A stretch of 64,000 nucleotides of DNA from an uncultured Methylomirabilota bacterium (GTDB lineage: Bacteria > Methylomirabilota > Methylomirabilia > Methylomirabilales > 2-02-FULL-66-22), in NCBI GenBank assembly GCA_963705305.1, contig OY970067.1, positions 1,376,001-1,440,000 of the forward strand, in the 5' to 3' direction. Below, piece by piece: positions 22,195 through 32,123 of the stretch; within the stretch, counting starts at the first letter, position 1; every line of letters starts with the position of its first letter. The notes under the pieces are model-generated. The model was not told the DNA's origin and did not search any database. It saw only the letters and a list, made by a program, of their open reading frames with translations. The translations under genes and the position numbers were made by a program.

Positions 22195-23439
22195 TCACGG
22201 CTTGGGGTCGGTCACGCGGCCCTGGAAGAGGGTCACCCCGGTCGCGTCGTGCTGGATGAACACCAGGAACGGGTGGTCGGCGATGAAGGTGATCGGCTTC
22301 GGCCGGTTGGGGTCCTTCCGGGCGGCGAGCAGCTCCATCGTCGCCGCCGTCGCCGCCGCGGCCTCGGTCCCTTCCTCGGCCACCGCCACGTAGGTCTGGT
22401 GGTAGACCTCGGCGAGCTTGAGGTCCTTCCCGCCGGTCATCGTGGAGAAGTCCGCGTCCCGCCCGAAGGCGTCGGTCATCCCGAGGGCCTTCAGGGCCCC
22501 GGAGAGGGCCATCTGGGAGCGGAAGGTGAACGTGGGGAGCGCGATCATCACGTCCGCAAACCTGGCCTGGTGCTCCAGCGTCCAGAGGCTCTCGGCCGTC
22601 AGGCTTCGCTCCACGGTCGCCAGGCCGTTACGCTCCTTCGGGAGGACGATCCACATCGTGCAGTCGCCCCCCGCGTACCCCATCCCGAGCAGCTGGAGCG
22701 TCCCGGTCTCCGCGTACTGGTACTTCCCCGTGCGCGACATGGTCGGGACCTCGGCCTTCGTCTTGCCGCGCACGAAGAAATCGTCCTCGTGCGTGTGGTT
22801 CGGATCGAACGGCTGGCCCCACTTGTTCTTGAAGTAGAGGGCGTTGGCGAGGACCAGCCGCGTGTCCGTCCCGACCCCGCCCTGCGGGATCAAGTTCTGG
22901 ATCTTGTCGGCGGTGACCTCCTCCACCCAGCCGTTGATCGCCCGGCGGGCCCGTTCGGGGTCCTTCGCGAAGTCGGCCGAGCTGACCTTCCCCCGATAGG
23001 GGCCCTCGGCCGTCCGCCGGAACGCCGGGAGGAAAGGGTACCCCTCCTGCGCCCACAGGCCGTTGGCGGCCCTGAGGATGCCCTCTGCCGTTCCCTGCCC
23101 GCTGCTGCCAATCTGGAGGCTCCCCTGGATGGCCCCGAATCCCGCGTCGACACCCGCGATGCCGGCCAGGTGGAGGGCGGCGTCCATCTGGACCAAGGTC
23201 CGCCCCTGGGCCCCCGCCCGCACCATCGCCAGGGCCGTGGCGATCGAGGAGGGCGAGACCAAGAGGTTCTCGTTCGGCTGCCCCGCCTGGCGCAGGATCT
23301 CGAAGCCAAACGCGTTCACGGCCTGGGCGGCCGCCGCCCGGTCCGGCGGGGGGGCGCCGTGCGCCGGTCCCGCCCAGCTCGTTCCGAGTCCAGCGATGAG
23401 GACTGCGCACACCCACGTCACGTTTCGGCGCGCATGCAT
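22195..23439 (-). CDS. Serpin (serine protease inhibitor), secreted
   Basis: 'NLLVSPSSI', 'INGWVEEVTADKIQNL', 'LVLANALYFKNKW', hinge 'EEGTEAAAAT', 'FIADHPFLVFI', 'LFQGRVTDP'. Confidence 0.96.
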   Translation of the reverse strand: MHARRNVTWVCAVLIAGLGTSWAGPAHGAPPPDRAAAAQAVNAFGFEILRQAGQPNENLLVSPSSIATALAMVRAGAQGRTLVQMDAALHLAGIAGVDAGFGAIQGSLQIGSSGQGTAEGILRAANGLWAQEGYPFLPAFRRTAEGPYRGKVSSADFAKDPERARRAINGWVEEVTADKIQNLIPQGGVGTDTRLVLANALYFKNKWGQPFDPNHTHEDDFFVRGKTKAEVPTMSRTGKYQYAETGTLQLLGMGYAGGDCTMWIVLPKERNGLATVERSLTAESLWTLEHQARFADVMIALPTFTFRSQMALSGALKALGMTDAFGRDADFSTMTGGKDLKLAEVYHQTYVAVAEEGTEAAAATAATMELLAARKDPNRPKPITFIADHPFLVFIQHDATGVTLFQGRVTDPKP

Positions 23440-23786
23440 GATGGCCTCCACGGTCGTGATCGGCCTCGCAGAGCGCAACCGCGAGCGCCTAGGCCCCGTT
23501 CGGGAGAGACGGGACTGGCGAACAGTAGCCCGACTCCGCCCGGAGCCGTTTGATTACCGGCCGCCTTCTTCTCTTCTCTTGGACACCCGTGCGGCCATTT
23601 GGTTCCGGGATCCGCCGTTCACGTTCGCGGCGCCGGTTTCGAGAGCGGAAGCAGCTCGTCAGCCGGCGCGAAGTCCTGGCAGAGCTCAAACGGCTGCGGG
23701 CCCGGACGCCGAAGAGGGGACAGGCGGCCCCCACCAAGTCCGGACCCGCTACTCGGCTCATCTCCGTGACCCTGCGATCCCCCGGC

Positions 23787-24310
23787 CTAGTTCCACCTGG
23801 GCCCGAGAGGCACGGGCGGAGCCTCCCGCAGCAGGAAGTGCTCGCCGACGCAGAACTCGGCCTCGCACCGCTGCTCCTGCTGGCGCTTCGGGTCGGGAGC
23901 GGCCGCCGCCGCGAGCGTGGCCTCCGGCGTACTCTGGCCCAGGCACAACGAGACCACCGGCCCGGGCCAGCTCTGGAGGGCCAGGCGCGGGGCGTTCTTT
24001 TCCAGCGTAACCCGGCCGTCCTGCCCGGCCCGCACCTGGGCGAGGTGGAGCCAGAGGGCCGCGTAGGCATCCGTTGGGGAGAGTTCCAGCGCCTTGGCCA
24101 CATCCAGCGCTGCGGCCCGGAAGTTGCCGCCATAGAACTGCATCCTGCCGCGGTTTTTGTACGCGTGGGGGTAGTCGGGCTTCAGCCGGAGCGCCTGGCC
24201 GTAGTCCGCGATGGCCCGGTCGTACTCCCCCTTCTCGTCGTACACGGTGCCGCGGTTGTTGTAGGCGGCGGCCAGATCCGCCCCGGAGAGCTGCCCCGAC
24301 TGCTCCGGCA
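23787..24310 (-). pseudogene. TPR / NlpI-like protein remnant
   Basis: 'AYNNRGTVYDEKGEYDRAIADYGQALRLKP', 'AYAALWL', 'WPGPVV', 'CEAEFCVGE'; no proper N-terminus, C-terminus breaks frame. Confidence 0.65.
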
Positions 24311-25023
24311 TCCTGCCGAACACGGGTGGCGGTGTCAACGGGGAAGGAAGGGCGGATTGGGTCCTCGGTCAAATGGGAAGCCCGGGGAGACTCGACCGTC
24401 TCTCTCTTGCGGTGGGAGCCTAAAGCGGCCCGCCCCCAGACCCTGAATGGACCAATCAGTGCGGGCCGGTCAATCCCGGGGCCCTCGAGAATCGCGGCAG
24501 GCCTTGTCCGCGTTGCCCGGTTCGATCCGGTCATCGTGGGGGGCTTGGCCCGGGCGCGGGAGTTCGATGTGGGCACCCCTGTCTACGCCTCGAACATGTC
24601 GGGCCCCCAGGTCCGACAGCAACTGGGGGTGGGGCGTCGCATTACCGCCGGGTTTAGCACAAAGGGGGTCCGGTGATATTCTGCGCCACAAGACCTCGTC
24701 GTTAGAGATCGTCGGATCATCGGCCCACGGCATGGGTTGGGCGAGAGGCTCCGATGTTGACTCACATCGTCGCAGCAAACGCTAGCGGTCGAGGCAACGC
24801 CGCGGTCGAGCAACGCCGGCTCGGCCGGGAAGTCGATTGGCGGGGCCACGATTGCAGGCAGCACGTTCGCGCAGCCACCGAGTGGGCAATGTTTGGTGAA
24901 GCTTGTCAAGGCGAGTGCGGCGTTGTTGGGATGGCATGTTGATGATACCATGCGCCGAAATAGCCCGAGCGGCCCGGCGCCTGACGGGCAAATATCTTCA
25001 GACTCATCCTGGAGGTGCATACC

Positions 25024-26238
25024 ATGCCGAGAGCATTGGAGGGCGTCCGCGTTGTCGACCTCAGCCACGTGCTGGCGGCCCCGACGGCGAGCATGTTCCT
25101 GGCCGACCTGGGAGCCGATGTGATCCACGTCGAGCGGGACATCGGCGATGACGCGCGCGAGTTCGGGCCGTTCGTGGGCGGCCACGACAAGAACCGGAGC
25201 GCCTACTTCATCAGCCTGAACCGGAACAAGAAGAGCCTGGTCCTGGACCTGAAGAGCGCCAAGGGCAGGGAGATCCTGCGCGATCTCATCCGGGCGTCGG
25301 ACGTTGTGCTGGAAAACTTCCGGCCGGACACCATGGACAAGCTGGGCTTCGGCTGGGAGGCCATCCAAAAGATCAATCCGCGGGCGATCTACTGCTCGAT
25401 CTGCGGCTTCGGCCACGACTCGCTGCCGGAATACGGCAGCCGGCCCGCCTACGACATGGTGGCCCAGGCGTACAGCGGCATCATGAGCATCACCGGCCCC
25501 GAGGGCGGGCCCCCGTGCCGCGTGGGCTCGTCCGTGGGGGACATCATCGCCGGCCATCAGGCGGCGATCGGGATCCTGGCGGCCCTGCTCTACCGCGAGC
25601 GGACCGGCCGGGGCCAGTACGTCGACATTGCCATGGTGGACGGCCTCTTCTCGGTGCTGGAGAACGCGGTGGCCCGGTACGTGAACACGGGGGAGATCCC
25701 CGGCCCGCTGGGCGGCGCGCACCCCTCCATCACGCCGTTTCAGGGATTCAAGACCAAGGACGGCCAGTGGGTGATCGCGGCCATCGGGAACGACAAGCTG
25801 TGGGCGCAGTACTGCACGATCCTCGGCCGCCCGGACCTGATCGCGCCCCCCAAGTTCAAGACGAACCCGCTGCGCTGCGACAATCGCAAAGAGCTCATCG
25901 CGATCCTGGACAAGGAGATGGAGAAGAAGACGGCGAAGGAGTGGTGCGAGATCTTCGAGCAGCACGCGATTCCCTACTCGCCCATCAATAATCTGCAGCA
26001 GATCTGCGAGGACCGCCACATCGCCCACCGGAACATGCTGGTGGAGATCGACCAGCCGGTGGTGGGAAAGATGCGGATCTGCGCCTCGCCCCTGAAGCTG
26101 TCCGAGACGCCCGGGGAGGTGTACGCGCCCGCCCCGGTCCTGGGTCAGCACTCCGAGCAGGTCCTGCGGGAGGTCCTGGGATACTCCGCAGAGCAGATCG
26201 GCCAGCTGAAGACGGAGGGCGTCATCGGGGGGGCCTGA
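25024..26238 (+). CDS. CoA transferase family III (CaiB/BaiF)
   Basis: 'LEGVRVVDLSHVLAAP', 'LNRNKKS', 'ENFRP', 'RPAYDMVAQA', 'APVLGQHS'. Confidence 0.95.
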   Translation: MPRALEGVRVVDLSHVLAAPTASMFLADLGADVIHVERDIGDDAREFGPFVGGHDKNRSAYFISLNRNKKSLVLDLKSAKGREILRDLIRASDVVLENFRPDTMDKLGFGWEAIQKINPRAIYCSICGFGHDSLPEYGSRPAYDMVAQAYSGIMSITGPEGGPPCRVGSSVGDIIAGHQAAIGILAALLYRERTGRGQYVDIAMVDGLFSVLENAVARYVNTGEIPGPLGGAHPSITPFQGFKTKDGQWVIAAIGNDKLWAQYCTILGRPDLIAPPKFKTNPLRCDNRKELIAILDKEMEKKTAKEWCEIFEQHAIPYSPINNLQQICEDRHIAHRNMLVEIDQPVVGKMRICASPLKLSETPGEVYAPAPVLGQHSEQVLREVLGYSAEQIGQLKTEGVIGGA

Positions 26239-26327
26239 TCCCTCCAGGCGCGAGCGGGTTCGGAGGATCCACGCCTGTTCCGGAGCTCCCGAAGCGGCAG
26301 GGCACCCGCGCTGGCCGGCGCGTCGAG

Positions 26328-27380
26328 CTATCGGGTCCGGTCGTTGGCGACGCTTTCGTAGAGGTCGAAGCTTTCACCCAGCTTGTCCATCAGCGGCTGG
26401 GTTTCCCGATTGAGTCGCCGGATGATATCCAGGGGCAGCGGCTCGGCCGCGGCCTGAACATCCTCCTCGAGCTTCTGCACGCTCCGCGCGCCGACGAGGC
26501 AGCAGCTGATCCCCTCTCCGGCCAGGGCCCACTTGGTCGCCAGCGCCGGCATGGTCAGGCCGCATTCTCTCGCCACGGCCCGGATCGCCGCCAGGGCGGC
26601 GTTGGTCTCGTCCTCGGCCCCCGCCTCGCCGTGCCGGCTCAGCGGCGAGCGCTCGGCCGCGAAATGTCGCGTCCGCCGCTGGTAGGGCGGCACATCCTCG
26701 AGGGTGGGGTAGAGGTCCGCCAGCACCCCCTGGAGCAGGACCATGTAACCGATCACACCCACGCCCAGCCGCCGGCAGCGGGGAAGAATCGCCCGCTCGA
26801 TTCCGCGCGCCAGCAGGCTGTAAGGCAGCTGATTCACCACCAGGTCCGGACAGAGCCGCAGGGCCTCATCCAGCCGCTCGACGCCGAAGTTGCTGACGCC
26901 GATACGGCGGATCTTCCCCTGCTCTCGCAGGCGCAGGAGCGCGGCCAGGGCCTCCTCGACGCGAGGCGGGTTCCGGATGACCCGCTCGTCCTGGGTGAAG
27001 TGGCGGATGGAGTGGGGGTGGATGGGCCAGTGGATCATGTAGAGGTCCACATAGTCCAGGGCAAGCCGCCTGAGCGAGGCCTCGCAGTGGCGCGGCAGGG
27101 TGTCGGCGTAGCAGTTCGAAGGTGAGACCTTGCTGCCGATCAGCAGCCGGTCGCGGGGGAGCCCCCGCAAGGCCTGTCCCAGCGACTCTTCGCTCCGGCC
27201 GTCGTTATACGCCTCGGCGGCGTCGAAATAGTTGATCCCCAACTCGACGGCGCGGCGCACCACCGCGCCCACGGCCCGCTGGTCCGTCTCGCCCCAATAG
27301 GCCCCTCCGCCGAACGACCAGCAGCCCAGTCCCAGGGCCGACAGCCGAAGATCGGACCGGCCGCATTGCCTGCGCTCCAC
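26328..27380 (-). CDS. Aldo/keto reductase
   Basis: GTG after AGGAGG; 'GINYFDAAEAYNDG', 'SLRRLALDYVDLYMIHWP', 'GKIRRIGVSNF'. Confidence 0.93.
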   Translation of the reverse strand: MERRQCGRSDLRLSALGLGCWSFGGGAYWGETDQRAVGAVVRRAVELGINYFDAAEAYNDGRSEESLGQALRGLPRDRLLIGSKVSPSNCYADTLPRHCEASLRRLALDYVDLYMIHWPIHPHSIRHFTQDERVIRNPPRVEEALAALLRLREQGKIRRIGVSNFGVERLDEALRLCPDLVVNQLPYSLLARGIERAILPRCRRLGVGVIGYMVLLQGVLADLYPTLEDVPPYQRRTRHFAAERSPLSRHGEAGAEDETNAALAAIRAVARECGLTMPALATKWALAGEGISCCLVGARSVQKLEEDVQAAAEPLPLDIIRRLNRETQPLMDKLGESFDLYESVANDRTR

Positions 27381-27658
27381 GCATCCTCCTGGTCGCGCGT
27401 CCGGCGCCCGCCCTGCGCCGCGCGCTATCGCCAGCCCATCATCGACCCGCCGTCGAGCCCGGGTCAAGCGCTTTCCGACGGGTGCCACCGGCTGATTGCA
27501 CGGGCGGCAGGACGAGGGTGTCCGGTGTCTGGACATCGGACAGGGATCGATGGTATGTCTCACAGTGCAGCCCGCACCGCGGGAGGCACCGGGCCGTCTG
27601 CGCGTCCGGCGTCCGGACCCCCCGGGCGGCTGTCCTGCGACAGCGAAAGGAGACTCCC

Positions 27659-28339
27659 GTGCTGACCGTCATCGATCTGGCCCAGATGATCGACCACTCC
27701 ATCCTCTTGCCGGCCCAAACCGAGAAGGACCTGGAGGAGGGCGTCGCGATCGCCCGGACGTACCGGGTCAAATGCGTCGTGCCCAAGGCCTTCCAGGCGG
27801 CCCGGACCAAGAAGCTGCTGGAAGGCTCCGAGGTCCGCCTCTGCATTCCCATCGCATTCCCGCAAGGCCTCAATCCACCCGAGGTGAAGCGGTACGAGGC
27901 GGAGTGGGCTCTCGACCGCGGGGCCCAGGAGCTGGACATGGTGATCAACATCAGCGCCCTGAAGTCCGGGGACCACGACTTCGTGGAGCGCGACATCGCC
28001 GGCGTGGTGGAGGCCGCCGCCCGATACCGGGCGCCGGTGAAGGCCATCCTGGAGACATATCTCCTGACCGACGAGGAGAAAGCCGCCGCCTGCCGGATCG
28101 CCGAGCGGGCGGGCGTCGCCTTCGTGAAGACGTCGACCGCCACGCAGCCGGGCGGGGCCACCGTGGCGGACATCCGCCTGATGCGGGCGACCGTCGGTCC
28201 CAAGGTCATCGTCAAAGCCTCGGCCTTCGTCACCGACATCGACAAGGCGCTGGCCCTGTACGAGGCCGGCGCGCGGCGCTTCGGCACGGCCTATACCGTG
28301 GATATCCTGGAGGGGCTCAAAAAGAAGCTGGCCGGGTAG
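27659..28339 (+). CDS. deoC: Deoxyribose-phosphate aldolase family (divergent)
   Basis: 'IDHSIL', 'GAQELDMVIN', 'VKAILET', 'FVKTST', 'VKAS'. Confidence 0.85.
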   Translation: MLTVIDLAQMIDHSILLPAQTEKDLEEGVAIARTYRVKCVVPKAFQAARTKKLLEGSEVRLCIPIAFPQGLNPPEVKRYEAEWALDRGAQELDMVINISALKSGDHDFVERDIAGVVEAAARYRAPVKAILETYLLTDEEKAAACRIAERAGVAFVKTSTATQPGGATVADIRLMRATVGPKVIVKASAFVTDIDKALALYEAGARRFGTAYTVDILEGLKKKLAG

Positions 28340-28395
28340 GGCCCCGGCACCCACCCGCTGGCCCGGGGCGCCCCGGGCCGGCCGTGAGGGACCCG

Positions 28396-29457
28396 ATGAT
28401 CGAGCCGAACTTCGACCGGCTGCGAACCGTGCTGCTGCGGGCCGGCGAGCCCGATTACGTCCCGCTGGGCGACATCAGCGTGCATCCGCTCCTGAAGGCC
28501 GCCACCCTGGGACGGCCGGTGCAGCGCCTGGAGGACGAGGTGGCGTTCTGGTCGGCGGCGGGCTACGACCACGTGCCGGTGGAGCAGGGCCTCCAGCTGA
28601 CCGAGGTCATCCGGCAGCGGGCCATGCAAGAGCTCGAGGGCCGGTACGCCCCGAACACGGACGCCACGCAACGGCGCACTTGGGCCGCGGAAGGACAGGG
28701 GCTGATCACAACCTGGGAGGACTTCGAGGCGTTCCGGTGGCCGAACCCGGATGCCCTGGACTTCAGCGCATTCGAGCGGATCGGCGCCCTGCTGCCGCCC
28801 AAGGTGAAGGTCGTGGCCGTGCTGGGCAAGATCTTCACCTGCGTCTGGTGGCTCATGGGATTGGAGGGGATGAGCTTCGCGCTGGCGGACGAACCGGATC
28901 TGGTGGCCCGGCTGTTCAAAAAGGTCGGGCAGTTTCAGTACCGCGTCTTCGAGCACATGCTGCGCTACGACTGCGTGGGCCTCGTCTGGCACGCCGACGA
29001 CATCGCCTACTCCACGCAGCTGCTGGTCCGGCCCGAGATTCTGCGCAAGCACGTATTCCCATGGTATGCGGAGATGACCCGCGTGGCCCACGCCCGCGGC
29101 CGCCTGGCCGTCTACCACAGCGATGGGGCGCTCCAGGAGGTCATGGAGGACATCCTCGGCTGCGGCTTCGACGGCCTCAATCCCATCGAGCCCAAGGCCA
29201 TGGATATCAACTGGGTCAAGCGCGCCTACGGCTCCCGCATCGCGCTGCTGGGAAACATCGACCTGGGGTACACGCTGACCCGGGGCACGCCCGAGGAGGT
29301 CCGGGCGGAGGTCCGGCAGCGCATTCACGATCTGGCGCCCGGCGGCGGCTACGCCGTGGCGTCCAGCAACTCCATCCCGGAATACGTGCCGCTGGCCAAC
29401 TTCAACGCCCTGCGCGAAGCGACCTTCGCAAACGGCCAATATCCGATCTTGGTATAA
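28396..29457 (+). CDS. Uroporphyrinogen decarboxylase-family (MtaA/CmuA-like) protein
   Basis: 'GEPDYVP', 'DDIAY', 'YHSDG', 'LLGNID', 'GTPEEVRAEV', 'GGGYAVASSNSIP'. Confidence 0.88.
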   Translation: MIEPNFDRLRTVLLRAGEPDYVPLGDISVHPLLKAATLGRPVQRLEDEVAFWSAAGYDHVPVEQGLQLTEVIRQRAMQELEGRYAPNTDATQRRTWAAEGQGLITTWEDFEAFRWPNPDALDFSAFERIGALLPPKVKVVAVLGKIFTCVWWLMGLEGMSFALADEPDLVARLFKKVGQFQYRVFEHMLRYDCVGLVWHADDIAYSTQLLVRPEILRKHVFPWYAEMTRVAHARGRLAVYHSDGALQEVMEDILGCGFDGLNPIEPKAMDINWVKRAYGSRIALLGNIDLGYTLTRGTPEEVRAEVRQRIHDLAPGGGYAVASSNSIPEYVPLANFNALREATFANGQYPILV

Positions 29458-29520
29458 TCTGCGCTTCAGGGGCCCTCGCGGATGGCGCGGGCGATGGGGC
29501 AGGGAGCGCAGGGCTCGCCG

Positions 29521-29766
29521 CTAGCCCCCGGCTCGCTGGTTGTAGTCCTCGGGCACCCGATCCCAGGCCGGCATGAAGATCCAGAGGAGGAGATAGAGGA
29601 GACCCCCCAAACCGTAGGCGAACAGGAGAACCGTCCAGATCAGTCGCACGATCCAGGTCGGCATGCGCAGCCAATAACCGATGCCGGCGCACACCCCCCC
29701 GATCCACCGTCTTCCCTTCACGCGCCGCAGCTTGGGCCGGACGGCCATGTTCTCCATGGCTGACAC
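29521..29766 (-). CDS. PspC-domain protein
   Basis: 'LRRVKGRRWIGGVCAGIGYWL...VRLIW...YLLLWIFMP'. Confidence 0.9.
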   Translation of the reverse strand: MSAMENMAVRPKLRRVKGRRWIGGVCAGIGYWLRMPTWIVRLIWTVLLFAYGLGGLLYLLLWIFMPAWDRVPEDYNQRAGG

Positions 29767-29829
29767 CGATCCCCGCGACCCTGTGTTGGCCGAGCCGGAA
29801 TGAGGCCGGCAGCCCCGGCCCGACCCGGG

Positions 29830-30123
29830 TCAATCGTGGCGAGACTTGAAGAGCACGATGGAGTTCTTGTTGATCGACAGGAAATCCCCCTGCCAGAGCC
29901 GCTGCCCGTCCACCGAGGAGAGCGTCACGTCCGTCAGGGCCACGAACTGCCGAGCGGGCAGGCTCAGGAAGTCCGACACTCTGACTTCGACCCCCTTGAT
30001 GATCGTGGGGATGTGAACGCTTCCCGAGATGATGTACCGCTCGGTCCACACCTCCACCGGCACGACCTCGAACGACTCCTTCTCCTCGACATCCAACTGG
30101 ACCTCGGCTTGCCTTTCGGGCAT
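29830..30123 (-). CDS. Small hypothetical protein (DUF6812-like)
   Basis: GGAGGAG RBS; 'ISGSVHIP...RVSDFL...FVALTDV...FLSINKNSIV'. Confidence 0.7.
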   Translation of the reverse strand: MPERQAEVQLDVEEKESFEVVPVEVWTERYIISGSVHIPTIIKGVEVRVSDFLSLPARQFVALTDVTLSSVDGQRLWQGDFLSINKNSIVLFKSRHD

Positions 30124-30281
30124 CCCAGGCTCCTCCTGCGGCGACGAATCGCTCCCGATCGCCCGCCGCCGCTCCGCCCGCCGTTCCCCGCTTCGGCGGA
30201 CCTCCGTGGGAAGGCTAGGTGCGGGCCGGGAAGCCGTCAAGAAGAAAGCCGCTCGAGGGCTGTTGAGGCCCCGAGCAGTCC

Positions 30282-30310
30282 TTGACATTCGTTCGGCATC
30301 TGGCTACCTT
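30282..30310 (+). promoter_or_regulatory. Sigma70-type promoter
   Basis: TTGACA, 17 bp, TACCTT upstream of the 30394 gene. Confidence 0.55.
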
Positions 30311-30393
30311 TCGACGGGAGTCCGTGTGGAGCCAGGGCGGGGAGTTGGGGAAGGCGTGGACCCGGGGGAAGCAGTCGACCGCGGAGGTCAGGT

Positions 30394-31785
30394 ATGTATC
30401 TGGAGAGCCTGCATCGTTCGGCCCAGGGAAGGACCGTCCGCGCGCTGGTGATCGGAGCGGGCGAATACGGATTCTCGTTCGTCGCCCAGTCCCAACGGAC
30501 GCCCGGCCTGGCGGTTTCCGCCGTGCACGCCCGGCGCGTCGAGCGGGGAGTGGCCGCCTTCCGGCATGCCGGTGTGCCGAACGAGGCCATCCGGATATGC
30601 GAGACCCGCGGCGAAGCCCGGACGGCGCTGGAGGCGGGGAAGGTGGTGGTCTCGGCCGACGCCCCCATGCTGATCCAGCTCCCGGTCGACATCGTCGTCG
30701 AGGCCACGGGCGCCCCGGAGGCGGCGGCCATCCACGCCGATCTGGCCCTGCGCAACGGCAGGCACGTAGCCATGGTGTCCAAGGAGGCGGACATCGTCGT
30801 CGGGCCGCTCCTCCATCGCCGCGCCAAGGCCGCCGGTCTGGTCTACACGCCGGTGGACGGCGATCAGCCTGGCCTGCTGATGCAGCTGGTGATGTGGGCG
30901 CGCGTCGTGGGCCTCGAAATCCTCTGTGCGGGGAAGGCCAGCGAGTATGACTTCATCTACGATCCTCGGGAGGAGCGCGTGACCAGCCTGGACCGCGCAG
31001 TGGACGCCCCCGGCTTCGACGCGCTCTGGGATCTCGGCTCTCGGGATGCGAGGACGATCGTCGCGGCGAGGGCGGACGCCTTGGCGGCGATCCCGCAGCA
31101 CACTGTCCCGGACTTGGTGGAGATGGGGCTGGTCGCGAACGCCACCGGTCTCGCCCCGGACGTCCCGGCTTTCCACGCCCCCATCGTGCGCACGCCGGAG
31201 GTTGCCAACGTCCTCGTTCCCGGCAGCATGGGCGGCATTCTGGGCGGGGAAGGCCGGATAGACGTTGTGAACTCGCTGCGACGCCCCGACGAGGCCAGCC
31301 TGGCCGGCGGCGTGCTGGTGGTCGTCCGGTGCGAGGATCGACAGTCCTGGGAAGTCCTGCGAGCCAAGGGTCACGTGGTAGGCCGCGCCGGGCAGGCGGC
31401 CATGATCTACCGGCCGTCGCATCTCTTGGGGGTGGAGTCGGCCACCACGGTGCTTTCGGCGGTGCTTCACGGCCGCTCGTCGGGGCCGGACGACGTCCGG
31501 CCGCGCTTCGACGTGGTCGGCCGCACGACCAGGCCCCTTGCAGCCGGCACCCGGCTTTCGGCGACCGGCCATCATCACGAAATTGAGGGGGTGGAGGGCC
31601 TGCTCGTCGAGGCCCGCAGGGCCGCGGGCGCGAACCCCGTCCCCTTCTATCTCATGGCGGACAACACCTTGGTGCGGGACGTTCCAGCCGGAGCCGCCAT
31701 CAGCGCGGACATGATCGAGCGCCCAAGCGACTCGCTGCTCTGGACGCTCCGGCGGGAGATGGAGGAGACCTTCGGGCTTCACTGA
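30394..31785 (+). CDS. Homoserine dehydrogenase-like oxidoreductase with C-terminal SAF domain (COG4091)
   Basis: 'IGAGEYG', 'VVEATGAP', 'MVSKEADIVVGP', 'GDQP', 'RPSHLLGVE', SAF-like tail. Confidence 0.85.
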   Translation: MYLESLHRSAQGRTVRALVIGAGEYGFSFVAQSQRTPGLAVSAVHARRVERGVAAFRHAGVPNEAIRICETRGEARTALEAGKVVVSADAPMLIQLPVDIVVEATGAPEAAAIHADLALRNGRHVAMVSKEADIVVGPLLHRRAKAAGLVYTPVDGDQPGLLMQLVMWARVVGLEILCAGKASEYDFIYDPREERVTSLDRAVDAPGFDALWDLGSRDARTIVAARADALAAIPQHTVPDLVEMGLVANATGLAPDVPAFHAPIVRTPEVANVLVPGSMGGILGGEGRIDVVNSLRRPDEASLAGGVLVVVRCEDRQSWEVLRAKGHVVGRAGQAAMIYRPSHLLGVESATTVLSAVLHGRSSGPDDVRPRFDVVGRTTRPLAAGTRLSATGHHHEIEGVEGLLVEARRAAGANPVPFYLMADNTLVRDVPAGAAISADMIERPSDSLLWTLRREMEETFGLH

Positions 31786-32123
31786 GGCGGCCGAAGGGTG
31801 GCTCCCGGACACCGAGACTTCACGGAGTCATCACGCCGGCCCAGGGACGTGCGCATGCGCGCCGTGGAAATTAGGGCTCCCATGTGCGAGCGGTGGCCCC
31901 CCTGGACTGAAAGGTCCTGAGAAGCGGACCTGCCCAGAATTGGCGTTGTTGGGAGGGACTTGGCCGGGCATATTCTTTCTATCTCTATCGCGAGAGCCCG
32001 GGGCAGCTCTCTTGCCATGTTGGCAGCCGGCGGAAATCGCACACCTTGGCGAGGATATCTAGAAATCTGAGTCAGAGGGCGGCCTCGGATACACACGGGC
32101 TGGAGTCGGAAAAGGAGAGACCC

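Noticed and set aside
23600..23720. Antitoxin-like fragment 'SRREVLAELKRLRARTPK'
   Set aside because: Too short, no start or RBS and no partner toxin
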